A DNA stretch of 64,000 nucleotides from contig OY970303.1 in NCBI GenBank assembly GCA_963716255.1, positions 5,856,001 to 5,920,000 on the forward strand, written 5' to 3'. The DNA is from an uncultured Gemmatimonadales bacterium. GTDB lineage: Bacteria > Gemmatimonadota > Gemmatimonadetes > Longimicrobiales > Longimicrobiaceae. The notes under the pieces were generated by a model. The model saw nothing but the letters and a program-made list of their open reading frames with translations, was not told where the DNA came from and searched no databases. This document shows, one piece after another, positions 19,852 through 28,900 of this stretch (the stretch's first letter is position 1; each line of letters opens with the position of its first letter). The position numbers and the translations under genes are program-made.

Positions 19852-21657
19852 TCAGACCGTCGCCGGCTCCATCCAGGCCGCCTCCGCGGCACGCTCCCGC
19901 TCCATCTCCCGCAGCAGCCGGCGCGTCAGCTCGTCGCGCGCGTCCAGCTCCGCGGGGGCGCAGTCCTGCACGATGCGGCCGCGGTCCATCACCAGCACCC
20001 GGGGGAAGCGCGCCGCCACCTCCAGGCTGTGCGTCGCCGCGATCAGCGTCCGCCCCCGCGCGAACTCCAGCACCGCGTCCCACACCGCCGCCTCCGTGCG
20101 CGCGTCCAGCGCCGCCGTGGGCTCGTCCAGCACCACCACCCGCGGGTCCTCCCGGAAGAGGCGGGCGAGCGCGACCCGCTGCCGCTGCCCCCCGGAAAGG
20201 AGCGCGCCCTCCTCCCCGGCCTCGCGCCCCGCCAGGTCGCCCGCCAGCTCCGGCTCCAGCCCGGCCAGGCACGCCGCCTCCGCCGCGGGCACCCGCCCCG
20301 CGCCCCGCCCGAAGGCCACGTTCTCCAGCAGCGAGCCGCGGAGCACCGCCGGCGACTGCGGCACCACCGCGACCGCCTCGCGCAGGGCGTGCAGGTCGAG
20401 CTCGCGCAGGTCCGCGGCGCCCAGCAGCACACGCCCCTCCGACGGGTCCAGGAAGCGCGCCAGCAGCCGCACCAGAGTGGACTTGCCGCACCCCGAGGGC
20501 CCCACCAGCGCCACGTGCTCCCCCGCCGCCACCGAGAAGTGCGCCCCGTCCAGTGCCATCCCGCCTCCCGGGTACGCCACCCGCACCCCCTCCACCCGCA
20601 CCGGCAGCGCCCCCGCGCCGGGAAGGCGGCGCAGCGGGCCCGGGCGGACCTCCGCCGCCATGTCCAGCACCGCCGCGACCCGGCGCACCCCCGCCAGCGA
20701 CTCCTGGAGGCTCCCCGCCACCTCGCTCCCGATGCTCGCCGCCGCGAACAGGTGCTCCACGTACATGTAGAACGCCAGCAGCGATCCCAGCGCGAGCGCG
20801 CCGTGGCTCACCGCCACCGCGCCCGCCGTGAGCACCGCCGCGGCCGTCAGCCCGGTCACCATCTCCGTACCGCCCCAGAGCACGGCGACCGCGCGCACCT
20901 GCGCCATCTCCGCGTCGAACACGCGGCGGCCCGCCGTCCAGGCCAGCCTCGCCTCGCGCCGCTCGCGCCGCGCGAGCGCCAGCGACTCCAGCGCGCCCAG
21001 GCGCTCGCTGAGGAACGAGGACAGCTCCCCTTGGCGCGCCTGCGCCGCCTCCGCGCGCTCCCCCAGGCGGCGGCGGCCCCGCCGCGTCGCCGCCAGGAAC
21101 AGCGGCACCGCGGCCAGCGCCAGCAGACCCAGCCGCCAGTCCAGCGCGAACAGGGCGCACGCCACTCCCAGGAACGCCGCCGCCACCCCCACCGCGTGCA
21201 CCATCACCCCGGTGAAGAACTGTTCCACCGCGCGCACGTCGCCGGTCATGCGGAAGAGCAGGTCGCCGCGCTGAAGCTGCGGGCGTCCCGCGGGACCCAG
21301 CCGCTGCACGTGCTCGAAGAGGCGCTGCCGCACCAGCAGGGCGATCCGCTGCCCCGCGTGCACCTGGCGCTCCCGCGCCAGCATCGAGGCGCCGCCGCGC
21401 AGGAGCTGGTAGGCCGCGAACACGCCGCCCAGCGCCAGCAGCGCCGCGGCGGGGCGGCGCGCCTGCATGGCGTCCACCAGCAGCTTGACCAGGAGAGGCT
21501 GCGCCAGCATCAGCAGCGTAAGCGCGAGCGAGGCACCCAGCGCCTGCGCCTCCCAGCGCAGAAGCGGCCCCACCGGGGCCAGGTGGCGGAGCAGCGCGCG
21601 CCAGGCGGGCGCCGGCCGGGCGCGCCCCGGGGGCGGGGGAGGGGACAAGGGGGACAT
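19852..21657 (-). CDS. ABC exporter (fused TMD + NBD), lasso cluster D protein
   Basis: N-terminal TM helices; GPSGCGKST, LSGGQRQR, VVVLDEPT; embedded between precursor genes. Confidence 0.9.
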   Translation of the reverse strand: MSPLSPPPPPGRARPAPAWRALLRHLAPVGPLLRWEAQALGASLALTLLMLAQPLLVKLLVDAMQARRPAAALLALGGVFAAYQLLRGGASMLARERQVHAGQRIALLVRQRLFEHVQRLGPAGRPQLQRGDLLFRMTGDVRAVEQFFTGVMVHAVGVAAAFLGVACALFALDWRLGLLALAAVPLFLAATRRGRRRLGERAEAAQARQGELSSFLSERLGALESLALARRERREARLAWTAGRRVFDAEMAQVRAVAVLWGGTEMVTGLTAAAVLTAGAVAVSHGALALGSLLAFYMYVEHLFAAASIGSEVAGSLQESLAGVRRVAAVLDMAAEVRPGPLRRLPGAGALPVRVEGVRVAYPGGGMALDGAHFSVAAGEHVALVGPSGCGKSTLVRLLARFLDPSEGRVLLGAADLRELDLHALREAVAVVPQSPAVLRGSLLENVAFGRGAGRVPAAEAACLAGLEPELAGDLAGREAGEEGALLSGGQRQRVALARLFREDPRVVVLDEPTAALDARTEAAVWDAVLEFARGRTLIAATHSLEVAARFPRVLVMDRGRIVQDCAPAELDARDELTRRLLREMERERAAEAAWMEPATV

Positions 21658-21677
21658 GGCTCGTGAGCGTGTGACGG

Positions 21678-21713
21678 GGACGGCGGCGGAGGGAGCTCCC
21701 TCCGCCGCCGTCC
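21678..21713. terminator. 36-bp perfect palindrome downstream of precursor A4
   Basis: ggacggcggcggagggag|ctccctccgccgccgtcc between A4 stop and ABC exporter start. Confidence 0.6.
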
Positions 21714-21722
21714 TGCCGGTGC

Positions 21723-21839
21723 TCAGTTCCCGCCGCGGAAGCTGATCTTCTCGACGTTGCGGTTGGCGTTGCCGAGGGTGACCTCCGCCGCCCTGCCGTG
21801 CAGCGTCAGGGTGGGCGCGGTGTAGGCCTTCTTGTCCAT
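21723..21839 (-). CDS. Lasso peptide precursor A4 (core GNANRNVEKISFRGGN)
   Basis: Translated by hand: MDKKAYTAPTLTLHGRAAEVTL-GNANRNVEKISFRGGN; GAGG RBS; not in ORF track. Confidence 0.88.
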   Translation of the reverse strand: MDKKAYTAPTLTLHGRAAEVTLGNANRNVEKISFRGGN

Positions 21840-21945
21840 GGGAACCTCGCGGTAGAGGGTGCTCCGTCCCGCGGCGGCGTGTCCGCCGCGGGGACCCGCG
21901 CGCTCCGGTCCGCCGGGGCGCGCGGGCGTACTGCCCGGCTGGCGA

Positions 21946-22059
21946 TCAGCGCGGGCGCCAGTTGATCAGCTCGAGGAGCCGGCCGCCGTTGCCGAGAGTG
22001 ACCACGGCGGCGCTGCCGTGGCGGACGACCGCCGGGGCGTTGTAGGTCTTCTTCTGCAC
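21946..22059 (-). CDS. Lasso peptide precursor A5 (core GNGGRLLELINWRPR)
   Basis: Translated by hand: GTG start, AGGAGA RBS, MQKKTYNAPAVVRHGSAAVVTL-GNGGRLLELINWRPR; not in ORF track. Confidence 0.88.
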   Translation of the reverse strand: MQKKTYNAPAVVRHGSAAVVTLGNGGRLLELINWRPR

Positions 22060-22099
22060 GGTTCTATCTCCTGGGACGAGTTGGAAGTGGTGGAAAGGC

Positions 22100-22213
22100 T
22101 CAGCGCGGACGCCAGCTAATCAGCTCGAGGAGCTTGGTGGCGGTCCCGAGGGTGACTTCCACGGCGTTGCCGTGGCGGACGATCGTCGGGGCGCTGTAAG
22201 TCTTCTTCTGCAC
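22100..22213 (-). CDS. Lasso peptide precursor A6 (core GTATKLLELISWRPR)
   Basis: GTG start, AGGAGA RBS; leader MQKKTYSAPTIVRHGNAVEVTL; Gly1/Glu8. Confidence 0.88.
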   Translation of the reverse strand: MQKKTYSAPTIVRHGNAVEVTLGTATKLLELISWRPR

Positions 22214-22364
22214 CGTGCTTTCTCCTGAAAGGAGGTTGATGTGGCCGGGAACTCGCGCCCGACCCGCCAACCGGCGGAACGTCCCGCCGGTGCTCATTCT
22301 CTCACGCCGTGCTCCAATCCGTGCGGTAGCTCCACGGAGCGCGCCGCCCGTTCACCTTTCTGAT

Positions 22365-24209
22365 CTACGCCGCCGGGAGCGCGGCCGTCCGCTCCGGGTC
22401 CCACCGCCCGGCGCGCACCGCCAGCCATGTTTCCAGCGACAGCGAGCAGAGGAGGAAGGGGAGGCTGCGGACCTCGCCCTGCCGCGCCGCCTCGGTCGCG
22501 GCCCGCAGCGCTTCCACGCGCACCCAGCCGCGCCGGGCGATCTCCGGGTCGCGCAGCAGCTCGCGCAGCCGGTCCGCCTCGCGCGCCATGGCCCACAGGA
22601 GCCGCGCGTCGATCCCGCCCTTCCCCTTCCGCGTGCGCACCTCCTCCGGGAGGATCCCGCGCATCGCCTCGCGCAGCACGTACTTGCCCGTCCCGGCGCG
22701 GATCCGCATTCGCGGGGGCAGGAGGAGCGAATGCTCCACCAGCGGCCGGTGCAGGAAGGGGTAGCGCATCTCGATCCCGTCCTGGAACGGCCCGCGCTCC
22801 ACGAACGCCGGCAGCGTCGCCATCTCCGTGGCCACCTCGTGCGCGAACCGGTTCCCCCCGCGCGGGGCCGCAAGCTGCCGCACCGACGGGAGCCGCTCCG
22901 CCACGCCGGCCCTGCGCACGAAGTCCGGGTCCAGCCACGCCGGCACCCCCTCGTGCGGCCGGGCGAAGCGCAGCTTCGCCGCGGTGGGGAGGAAGGGGAA
23001 GACGCCGTGGCGCCCCAGCCCCGTCCAGAACGACTGCCTCGCCGCCACCGACAGGCGCGTCAGCTCGCGCAGCCCCGTCCGCACCCGCCCCGCCGCCAGC
23101 AGGTCGGTGACGTAGCCCCAGTTGCCGCTCAGGTAGTGGTCGGACCCCTGGCCGCTCAGCAGCACCCGGCCCCCGGCCTCGCGGATCCGCGCAACCAGCG
23201 CGCGGTCGCGTGTCCAGAAGGGGAAGTGCGTGCGGGGCTCGTCCGTCGCCACCGGCGGCGTGCCGTCGTCCTGCCAGGCCCAGTGGTCCACCAGCTGCTC
23301 GTTGCGCAGCCCCCAGCGGCGCACCACGGTGTCCGAGTACCGGCGCTCGTCGCCGTCGCCCAGGGTGTCCACCACCGTCACCGTCCCGTCCAGGGCGGGG
23401 CCGCGCCCCGCCGCCGCCAGCGTCTGCGCCACGGACACCACCGACGACGAGTCCAGCCCCCCGGAGAGCTGCGACCACACCCCCGGTCCGTCCCCGGTCC
23501 GCGCGCGCACCGCCTCCTCGAAGAGCTCGCGGAAGCGCTCCGTCGCCGCCCGCTCGTCCACCGTTTCCGCCGGGACGAAGTCCGCCGCCCGCCAGAAGCG
23601 CCCCGACACCAGCCGTCCCTCGCTCCAGCTGAGGCGCTCGCCGGGGACCACGGCGCGCACCCCCGCCCATACCGTCCGCTCCGAGTGCGCGGCGCCCCCC
23701 ACCAGGAAGTCCGCCACCCACTCCTCGTCGTAGTCGCCGCCGGCCAGCGCGTCCAGGCGTGAGGACAGGACCAGCGCGCCCTGCTCGCGCGCCAGGAAGA
23801 GCCCCTTGACCCCGAACGGGTCGCGCATCGCCGTGAGCGTGGCGCGCTCCCCGTCCCACAGCGCGAAGGCGAAGTCGCCCAGGAGCCCGTCCAGGCAGGC
23901 GGCCCCCCGCGCCATGTAGGCCGCCAGCACCAGCTCCAGGTCCGCCGCATCCGCGGCGTGGGGCCCGCCCCATCCCGCCACCTCCGCGCGGTTGTCCAGC
24001 CGCACGTCGCCGGCGGCCAGCAGGGCGCCGCGGCGCGCCAGCAGCGGGCGCAGCGCGTCCGGCTCGGTGCTCGCCGCCGCCGCGAAGCCGTCCGCGGCCA
24101 GCTCCGCCGCCCGGTTCCCCGGCACGGCGACCCGTGCCGCGAGGCGGGCGCGCAGCCCCGGGGGGAGCGGTGCGCCGGGCGCCGCCGCCGCGCAGCCGAA
24201 GCCGTTCAT
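22365..24209 (-). CDS. Lasso cyclase (C protein, asparagine synthetase-like)
   Basis: RLDNR, GDFAFALWD, RDPFG, LSGGLDSSS, LSGQGSD, RYPFL; ATGA overlap with B2. Confidence 0.9.
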   Translation of the reverse strand: MNGFGCAAAAPGAPLPPGLRARLAARVAVPGNRAAELAADGFAAAASTEPDALRPLLARRGALLAAGDVRLDNRAEVAGWGGPHAADAADLELVLAAYMARGAACLDGLLGDFAFALWDGERATLTAMRDPFGVKGLFLAREQGALVLSSRLDALAGGDYDEEWVADFLVGGAAHSERTVWAGVRAVVPGERLSWSEGRLVSGRFWRAADFVPAETVDERAATERFRELFEEAVRARTGDGPGVWSQLSGGLDSSSVVSVAQTLAAAGRGPALDGTVTVVDTLGDGDERRYSDTVVRRWGLRNEQLVDHWAWQDDGTPPVATDEPRTHFPFWTRDRALVARIREAGGRVLLSGQGSDHYLSGNWGYVTDLLAAGRVRTGLRELTRLSVAARQSFWTGLGRHGVFPFLPTAAKLRFARPHEGVPAWLDPDFVRRAGVAERLPSVRQLAAPRGGNRFAHEVATEMATLPAFVERGPFQDGIEMRYPFLHRPLVEHSLLLPPRMRIRAGTGKYVLREAMRGILPEEVRTRKGKGGIDARLLWAMAREADRLRELLRDPEIARRGWVRVEALRAATEAARQGEVRSLPFLLCSLSLETWLAVRAGRWDPERTAALPAA

Positions 24210-24595
24210 GCCGCCACCTCCGGGAGCGCCCTGAACTTGTCGACGGTTTCCCGGTCCTCGTTGACCGGCTCGCCGTCCACCTCCACCCAGGCGTGGGCGT
24301 AGAAGGGGTACGCCTGCACCCCCAGGCGCAGCTCCGCCGGCACGCCGCGGCGGCGCAGCAGCAGGTACAGCGCGAGCGACTGCTCCAGGCACACCGCCCG
24401 CCCCGGGAAGAACGCCGCCGCCACGGCCACGTGGTACGACGCGCGCTCCACCTCCTCCGGCGGCAGTCCCGCCCCGGCCGCCCGCGCGCCCAGGCGCCGT
24501 GCCCGCGCCACCGCCGGCCCGAAGCCGCGCGCCTTGAGGTGCGTCCGCACCGCGATCAGCGCCAGGGCGCAGCGGGCCACCGAGGGCGCCTTCAT
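24206..24595 (-). CDS. Lasso leader peptidase (B2, transglutaminase-like)
   Basis: CLEQSLAL...LRLGV...AHAWVE Cys/His motifs; ATGA overlaps on both sides. Confidence 0.9.
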   Translation of the reverse strand: MKAPSVARCALALIAVRTHLKARGFGPAVARARRLGARAAGAGLPPEEVERASYHVAVAAAFFPGRAVCLEQSLALYLLLRRRGVPAELRLGVQAYPFYAHAWVEVDGEPVNEDRETVDKFRALPEVAA

Positions 24596-24906
24596 CCCCG
24601 CACCACCAGCTTCAGCTCCGCCAGCTTCCCCAGCAGTGCCGCCGCGTCCGCCGCCAGCCTGTCGCGGGGGGCGTCGTACTCGCCGAAGAGCCGCTCCGCC
24701 AGCGCCGCCGCCGTGGGGCACGCCGGCAGCAGCTCCCAGATGCGCGTGCCCACCTCGTCCAGCCCGTAGTACTCCCCGCGCACCGGGTCCAGGAGAACGG
24801 TCCTGTCCCCCTCGGCGGCGGACACCACCTTCTCCGCGCGCCGGAACGGAGCGTCGAGGGGTGCCGGGGCGGCGTCGCCGCGGGTCTTCCTGAGCCAGCC
24901 GAACAT
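24592..24906 (-). CDS. RiPP recognition element (B1, PqqD family)
   Basis: VLLDPVRGEYYGLDEVGTRIWELL, LFGEYDA, LAELKLV. Confidence 0.9.
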   Translation of the reverse strand: MFGWLRKTRGDAAPAPLDAPFRRAEKVVSAAEGDRTVLLDPVRGEYYGLDEVGTRIWELLPACPTAAALAERLFGEYDAPRDRLAADAAALLGKLAELKLVVRG

Positions 24907-24995
24907 GTCGCGTACGGTTGAGGGAGCAGATTCCCAGCTGAGGCGGGAGAAAGCGAACTGTCCGCTCGTGACACATAAAGCGCGCCTCGCCTTCA

Positions 24996-25023
24996 ATGCT
25001 AACAGGAACGCCGGCGACGTCAA
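24996..25023 (-). promoter_or_regulatory. Candidate sigma70 promoter of the lasso operon
   Basis: Minus strand TTGACG-N16-TAGCAT with TGn extension, ~90 nt above B1. Confidence 0.5.
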
Positions 25024-25172
25024 TAGCTGTCCGGTAACATGTCATGCGTCAACGTGTTGGCGGGGCATGAAATAGCCTGTCCCGGCCGCGGGTGGAACGA
25101 TCGTTCGGGGGCGCGCGGGACCGCCCCACGTGCGGGTGCACGTGGGGGGGGCGTCTCCGGCCGCCAGCTCCC

Positions 25173-25571
25173 CTACAGGATGCGGATGGAGTTGATCTGC
25201 ACGTCCCAGACGATGGTCTGCCCGACCCCCGCGCTGAAGGGGGTGGAGAACAGCTCCTGCCCGCCCGTGGCGCGCGCCATCAGGCGGTAGGTGTTCACCG
25301 TCGCCGCCGGGTTAAAGGAGAGCGTGGCGCGCGCGTTGGGGCTCACGTTCCCCAGGATCCTGCGCGCGCTCCCGGCCGCGTCCACCACGTACAACGTCAG
25401 CGAGGTCGGCGGGACCACGGTGTTCCTCACCTGAACCGAGATCCGGTTCATGGCGTCGGCCTGCTCCTGTGCCGATGGCGGGCCGCCGGCGGTCGCGGCC
25501 GGCGCGCACCCCCCGGCCAGCAGGGCGAGCGCGAGCGCCGCGGGGATGCGCAGGGAGCCGCGAAGCCGCAT
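25173..25571 (-). CDS. Hypothetical lipoprotein (132 aa)
   Basis: GGAGGAGG RBS; lipobox AGGC; beta-rich mature domain. Confidence 0.7.
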   Translation of the reverse strand: MRLRGSLRIPAALALALLAGGCAPAATAGGPPSAQEQADAMNRISVQVRNTVVPPTSLTLYVVDAAGSARRILGNVSPNARATLSFNPAATVNTYRLMARATGGQELFSTPFSAGVGQTIVWDVQINSIRIL

Positions 25572-25635
25572 GGGATTCCTCCTCCGGGTCGGGTGTGTCC
25601 GGGCCGCGCCGCGGCGCCGGGAGCCCACCCGGGGC

Positions 25636-25650
25636 GCAGCAAGCGTGCCA
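25636..25650 (-). promoter_or_regulatory. Candidate sigma54 (-24/-12) promoter
   Basis: Minus strand TGGCACGCTTGCTGC, GG-N10-GC. Confidence 0.55.
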
Positions 25651-25669
25651 GAAGGGAGGCCTGCCGCCG

Positions 25670-26338
25670 CTATGGCTCCGGGGTCGCGTCCTCCGCGTCC
25701 TCCGCTTCCACCACCTCCCCCTCCGGCGGGGCGGGGAAGAGCAGCCCCTCCAGCGTGTCCAGCAGGTCGTCGCGCCCGTCGCCGCTGAGCGCGGAGAAGA
25801 GCACCACCTGGTCCGTGTCCACGCCCAGCTTCTCCGCGGTCTTGCGCAGCGCCGCCTCGCGCTTCCCCTTGGCCAGCTTGTCCGCCTTGGTGAGCGCGAA
25901 AAGGGTGGGGATGCCGATCTCCGCCAGGTAGTCCACCGAGCGCAGGTCGTCCTCGGTGGGCCCCGTGCGGATGTCCACCAGCTGGACCACACCCCGCAGC
26001 TCGCGCGAAGTGGAAAGGAAGCCGTGGATCAGCGGCTGCCACTTCCTGCGCAGCTCCTGCGGCACCTTGGCGTACCCGTACCCCGGCAGGTCCACCAGGA
26101 AGAAGTTCCCCGGCTCGGCCCGCACGTCGTAGAAGTTGATCTCCTGCGTCTTCCCGGGCTGCGCCGACACCCGCGCGATCGCCGTCCGCGTGCGTCCCAG
26201 CAGCCGGTTGATCAGCGACGACTTCCCCACGTTGGAGCGTCCGGAGAACGCCACCTGCGGCATCTCCGCCGCGGCCTCCGGCTGTGCCTGCCCGATCTGC
26301 CCGATGGCGCCTGCGAACTCCACTGACTTGATTCTCAT
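25670..26338 (-). CDS. engB: Ribosome biogenesis GTPase YihA/YsxC
   Basis: GRSNVGKSSLIN, PGKTQ, DLPGYG, TKADK; downstream of clpX. Confidence 0.95.
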   Translation of the reverse strand: MRIKSVEFAGAIGQIGQAQPEAAAEMPQVAFSGRSNVGKSSLINRLLGRTRTAIARVSAQPGKTQEINFYDVRAEPGNFFLVDLPGYGYAKVPQELRRKWQPLIHGFLSTSRELRGVVQLVDIRTGPTEDDLRSVDYLAEIGIPTLFALTKADKLAKGKREAALRKTAEKLGVDTDQVVLFSALSGDGRDDLLDTLEGLLFPAPPEGEVVEAEDAEDATPEP

Positions 26339-26376
26339 GAGCGCATCCGGTTGAACTGCTCTGAACGGCGCGGTCC

Positions 26377-26503
26377 GGGCGTGCCCCCGCTGACGCGGGG
26401 TCGGGCTTCGGCTCCGTAGCAGACGAAACGACCGTCTGCAACGGAGTCGAGCCCGCGCAAACAGCGGCGCGGTCTCGCCCCTTCGGGCCGGAATCCCTCA
26501 CGC
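26377..26503 (-). repeat. Structured intergenic repeat family 1, copy 5
   Basis: Aligns with other copies; between clpX and engB. Confidence 0.9.
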
Positions 26504-26637
26504 GGCATCGCGCTGGCGTCCGCGGGTGTGGTCCCTTCGCCCCAGGCGAGGGACGCCGGCGACGAAGATAGATGAAAAGAAACAGCCTGCAACCGCTGCG
26601 CGGCTGCAGGCTGTCCTCCGTGCCCTGTTCCCTGCCG

Positions 26638-27879
26638 TCAGGCTTCCTTCTTCCGCTTCGGCTCGGCGGCGAGCACCAGGAGCGGCGGGACGCTGTCGCT
26701 GACGCACTCCGGCGTGATCACCACCTCGCGCACGTCCTCGCGCGAGGGGATGTCGAACATCACGTCGCGCATCAGCTTCTCGATCACGGCGCGCAGGCCG
26801 CGGGCGCCCGTGCCCCGCTCGATGGCCAGGTGGGCGATGGCGCGCACCGCGTCCGGGTCGAAGGTGATCCCCACCCCGTCCATCCCGAACATCTTCTGGT
26901 ACTGCTTCACCAGCGCGTTCTTGGGCTCGGTGAGGATCTTGACCAGCGCGTCCTCGTCCAGGTTGTCCAGCGTCACCGTCACCGGGAGGCGGCCCACCAG
27001 CTCCGGGATCAGCCCGAAGCGGAGCAGGTCCTCCGGCTCCACGTCGCGGAACGGGTTCCCCTTGTCCACCTCGGTGACGCCCTCGTTGGCCGAGAAGCCG
27101 ATCTGGCGCTTGCCCGTGCGGGACTCGATGATCTTTTCCAGCCCGTCGAACGCCCCGCCGCAGATGAAGAGGATGTGCCGGGTGTTGATCTGGATGTACT
27201 CCTGCTGCGGGTGCTTCCGCCCGCCCTGCGGCGGCACCGAGGCGGTGGTCCCCTCCAGGATCTTGAGGAGCGCCTGCTGCACCCCCTCGCCCGACACGTC
27301 GCGCGTGATGGACGGGTTCTCGCTCTTGCGGGCGATCTTGTCGATCTCGTCGATGTAGATGATCCCGCGCTCGCACTCCGCCACGTTGAAGTCCGCCGCC
27401 TGGAGCAGGCGCACCAGGATGTTCTCCACGTCCTCGCCGACGTAGCCCGCCTCGGTGAGCGTGGTGGCGTCCACGATGGTGAAGGGCACGTGGAGCACCC
27501 GCGCCAGCGTCTGCGCCAGCAGCGTCTTCCCCACGCCCGTGGAGCCGATGAGGAGAATGTTGGACTTGTCCAGCTCCACCTCGTCCATCACGCCCTGGTG
27601 GTTCACCCGCTTGTAGTGGTTGTACACCGCCACCGAGAGCGACTTCTTGGCCTCGTCCTGCCCAACCACGTACTGGTCGAGGACCGTCTTGATCTCGCGG
27701 GGGGAGGGCACCGGGGTGGCGGTGCTGGCGGCCTCCTTGGTCTCCTCCTCCGCGAGGATCTCGTTGCACAGCGAGATGCACTCGTTGCAGATGTAGACCG
27801 AGGGCCCGGAGATGAACCGCTTCACCGAGTCCTTGGACTTTCCGCAGAAGGAGCAGCGGAGGTGCTTGTCGCTGGGCAT
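26638..27879 (-). CDS. clpX: ATP-dependent Clp protease ATP-binding subunit ClpX
   Basis: CSFCGK zinc finger, [25 protein letters not shown] loop. Confidence 0.97.
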   Translation of the reverse strand: MPSDKHLRCSFCGKSKDSVKRFISGPSVYICNECISLCNEILAEEETKEAASTATPVPSPREIKTVLDQYVVGQDEAKKSLSVAVYNHYKRVNHQGVMDEVELDKSNILLIGSTGVGKTLLAQTLARVLHVPFTIVDATTLTEAGYVGEDVENILVRLLQAADFNVAECERGIIYIDEIDKIARKSENPSITRDVSGEGVQQALLKILEGTTASVPPQGGRKHPQQEYIQINTRHILFICGGAFDGLEKIIESRTGKRQIGFSANEGVTEVDKGNPFRDVEPEDLLRFGLIPELVGRLPVTVTLDNLDEDALVKILTEPKNALVKQYQKMFGMDGVGITFDPDAVRAIAHLAIERGTGARGLRAVIEKLMRDVMFDIPSREDVREVVITPECVSDSVPPLLVLAAEPKRKKEA

Positions 27880-28233
27880 AGAGGAAGGCTACTGGGCGAA
27901 TGGCGCGGACCCGCCCCGGCGGGGGCGGGAAGATCGCGTGAGCTGGCTGCCGGTCCCGGCCGCCGTCCGGCGGGACACGAGTGTCCACGATCCGGTCCTG
28001 GTGGAGGCGCGAGAAATCTCGGTACACAAGATAGACCCCCGGGCCGGTAGGGTCAACGCTGGACGGCCGTGAGCCGGAGCCGTGCCGCGCCCTGGGCCGT
28101 ACGGGCCCGCACGCCGTGTGCCACCCGGCGGCCTCGCGTTTCTGGACGGCGCGGGCCGCGAAACGACGAGACCCCCGACGGGCCGCGGCTCCGTCGGAGG
28201 TCTCTCCGCTCGCGAAGGTCCCGAGGCTCCTCG

Positions 28234-28860
28234 CTAACGAGTCTCGGCCACCTCGTGCTGCACCTCCACCACCTCGCCGCGCTTGGTGATGACATGGTCG
28301 ATGAGGCCGTACTCCTTCGCCTCGTCCGGGGACATGAAGCGGTCGCGGTCCAGGTCCTCCTGGATCTTGTCCACCGACTGCCCGGTGTTCGCCGCGTAGA
28401 TCTGGTTCATCCGCTCCCGCACGAACAGGATCTCGCGGGCCTGGATCTCGATGTCCGCCGCGGTCCCCTGGCTGCCGCCGGAGGGCTGGTGGAGCATGAT
28501 CCGCGAGTTGGGGAGCGCCGAGCGCTTCCCCGGCGCGCCGGCCGCCAGGAGGAACGAGCCCATGCTCGCCGCCAACCCCATGCAGATGGTGGCCACCGGG
28601 GCCTTGAGGAACTGCATGGTGTCGAAGATCGCCATCCCCGCGTACACCGAGCCCCCGGGGGAGTTGATGTACAGGAAGATGTCCTTGTCCGGGTTGTCCG
28701 CCTCCAGGAACAGGAGCTGGGCGATGATGACGTTCGCGACGTTGTCGTCGATCGGCGTCCCCAGGAAGACGATCCTGTCCATCAGGAGCCGCGAGAAGAT
28801 GTCGTACGACCTCTCCCCCCGGCTGGACCTCTCGATCACGTACGGAGCGTAGATGGGCAT
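28234..28860 (-). CDS. clpP: Clp protease proteolytic subunit
   Basis: [33 protein letters not shown]. Confidence 0.97.
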   Translation of the reverse strand: MPIYAPYVIERSSRGERSYDIFSRLLMDRIVFLGTPIDDNVANVIIAQLLFLEADNPDKDIFLYINSPGGSVYAGMAIFDTMQFLKAPVATICMGLAASMGSFLLAAGAPGKRSALPNSRIMLHQPSGGSQGTAADIEIQAREILFVRERMNQIYAANTGQSVDKIQEDLDRDRFMSPDEAKEYGLIDHVITKRGEVVEVQHEVAETR

Positions 28861-28900
28861 TTGGGCTCGTCCCGATTCCAGGATGATGAGACCGGCCTGA

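Noticed and set aside
22365..24209. Housekeeping asparagine synthetase asnB
   Set aside because: No N-terminal catalytic Cys2 start, and it is coupled to RRE, B2 protease and lasso precursors
25670..28860. clpX/clpP next to the lasso cluster as self-resistance target genes
   Set aside because: They lie in the canonical tRNA-Leu-tig-clpP-clpX-engB block with no sign of duplication; proximity alone is not evidence
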